DNA of 64,000 nucleotides, taken from Desulfuromonas sp. GTDB lineage: Bacteria; Desulfobacterota; Desulfuromonadia; Desulfuromonadales; Desulfuromonadaceae. Position 1 is the stretch's first letter. Each line of letters opens with the position of its first letter. Below the pieces are notes generated by a model, which ran no database searches, was not told the DNA's origin, and worked only from the letters and a program-made list of their open reading frames with translations. The position numbers and the translations under genes were made by a program. Location: assembly GCA_002869685.1 (NCBI GenBank), contig PKUE01000146.1, positions 4,882 to 68,881 on the forward strand, in the 5' to 3' direction. Shown here piece by piece: positions 63,078 through 64,000 of the stretch.

Positions 63078-64000
63078 TTATTTCGATTCGCGATCGGGAT
63101 TGGTCAGAACTTTTTCCGGGTCTTTGATCAATGTACCCGGCAGTGTCAGGGTGCGTTTGAAAATACCAAAGACTTTGTTGGAGAGGGAACTGAGAGGCAG
63201 CATCTCAACTTTCGGATCACTCAATGGCCCGGTAATGGCAAAGTTGGTGGATAAAACCGCATGTTCGTCACCGGTCAGCAGCCAACCCGCCACCGGGATC
63301 CGTGTGAATACCGTATCGACTGTTCCCAACGGTTTAATGCCCATGATCAGATCGAGCTGGTTTTGAACCAGATCAAGTTTTCCAGCCAGCACCGTATTCA
63401 TTGCATCACTGTCGACACGGAGATTCTCACTGCTCAATACGCCGTTTTTCAGGGTGACATCACTGGTGAGTTGATTGAATGGCATTCCTTCCAGGGCCAT
63501 GTCCGGCAATTTGAATTTAAAGAGTTGGGCGACGTTCAGCAGAGAGAATGCCTTAGAGAGAACCTTGAATTTGCGCAGAACACCGTCCTTGATCGTGACG
63601 GAAAAGATGCCATTAGAGTTAGGTAGAAAGTTGCTGCCAATGGGACCGTTGATGGAAAAATCACCGGTCAGTTCTCCGGTGACCAGGCCGGTGTGCTTGA
63701 GAAGCTGGCTGTAAACCTTGTCCGCATCAAGATTGACGACACTCCCCTCAATCTGCAGGGTCGTCGGATCGGTTAGCTGGTTGACAATCACTTTGCCACT
63801 GCCATATCCGGCGTCCGCTTCAAACAGTAATGGTTCAATACGCAAACGACCATAACGATAGTGGATGGTTCCGGTGGTTTCTGAAAATTCAAAACCGCTG
63901 ATGATGCCGCGGCTGACGACCGCATGGATGTGAAGTGTCTCCGGTTCGTCAGGACGATGCGGGTGGTGAGGCCATGGTGTTGTATGACCATGCGCCGTCG
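63078..64000 (-). CDS. AsmA-like/YhdP-family protein, C-terminal part (runs off the window)
   Basis: Frame read as open to the window edge; 'EGMPFNQLTSDVTLKNGVL..ENLRVDS...GKLDL...F.ITGPLSDPKV'. Confidence 0.75.
   Translation of the reverse strand, partial: TAHGHTTPWPHHPHRPDEPETLHIHAVVSRGIISGFEFSETTGTIHYRYGRLRIEPLLFEADAGYGSGKVIVNQLTDPTTLQIEGSVVNLDADKVYSQLLKHTGLVTGELTGDFSINGPIGSNFLPNSNGIFSVTIKDGVLRKFKVLSKAFSLLNVAQLFKFKLPDMALEGMPFNQLTSDVTLKNGVLSSENLRVDSDAMNTVLAGKLDLVQNQLDLIMGIKPLGTVDTVFTRIPVAGWLLTGDEHAVLSTNFAITGPLSDPKVEMLPLSSLSNKVFGIFKRTLTLPGTLIKDPEKVLTNPDRESK

Noticed and set aside
1-64000. CRISPR arrays, IS/transposases, integrases, tRNA/rRNA
   Set aside because: No spaced direct-repeat arrays, terminal inverted repeats with a transposase, or RNA-gene signatures were seen by eye; nearly all sequence is explained by CDS

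Overview
A complete flagellar super-cluster, probably from a Desulfuromonadales-type deltaproteobacterium (inferred from gene order and protein style, not searched). Left (1-6564, minus strand): chemotaxis operon cheA-cheR-cheB-cheD-HDOD-cheY-cheX, running off the window edge. From 6964 on the plus strand: a secreted AMIN-like/TPR protein, flgBC-fliEFGHIJ-motE-like-fliK-flgDE, motAB-fliLMNOPQR-flhBAFG-fliA, flgFGAHIJ, a DUF5610-like gene, flgMNKL-csrA-fliW, a seven-gene flagellin glycosylation island (NTP-transferase, CBS-GHMP kinase, NeuB-TIM fusion, NeuA-like, two methyltransferases, Maf), two flagellins, flaG-fliD-fliS-fliT-like, a PilZ protein, and a second FliK-like plus FlhB-C-only pair. 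The right end holds an MCP, mutT, menG/ubiE and a partial AsmA-family gene. I saw no mobile elements, rRNA/tRNA or CRISPR. The best leads are: (1) a CheA with two Hpt domains and a tandem MshEN-like (c-di-GMP-binding) motif in place of P2; (2) an atypical ulosonic-acid glycosylation pathway with no amino-sugar or NeuC enzymes; (3) paralogous flagellin leaders in which a CsrA hairpin loop is intact in one and lost in the other; (4) a PflA-like TPR scaffold heading the sigma54 operon; (5) two apparently leaderless sigma28 transcripts. All calls come from reading motifs by eye; no database searches were run.
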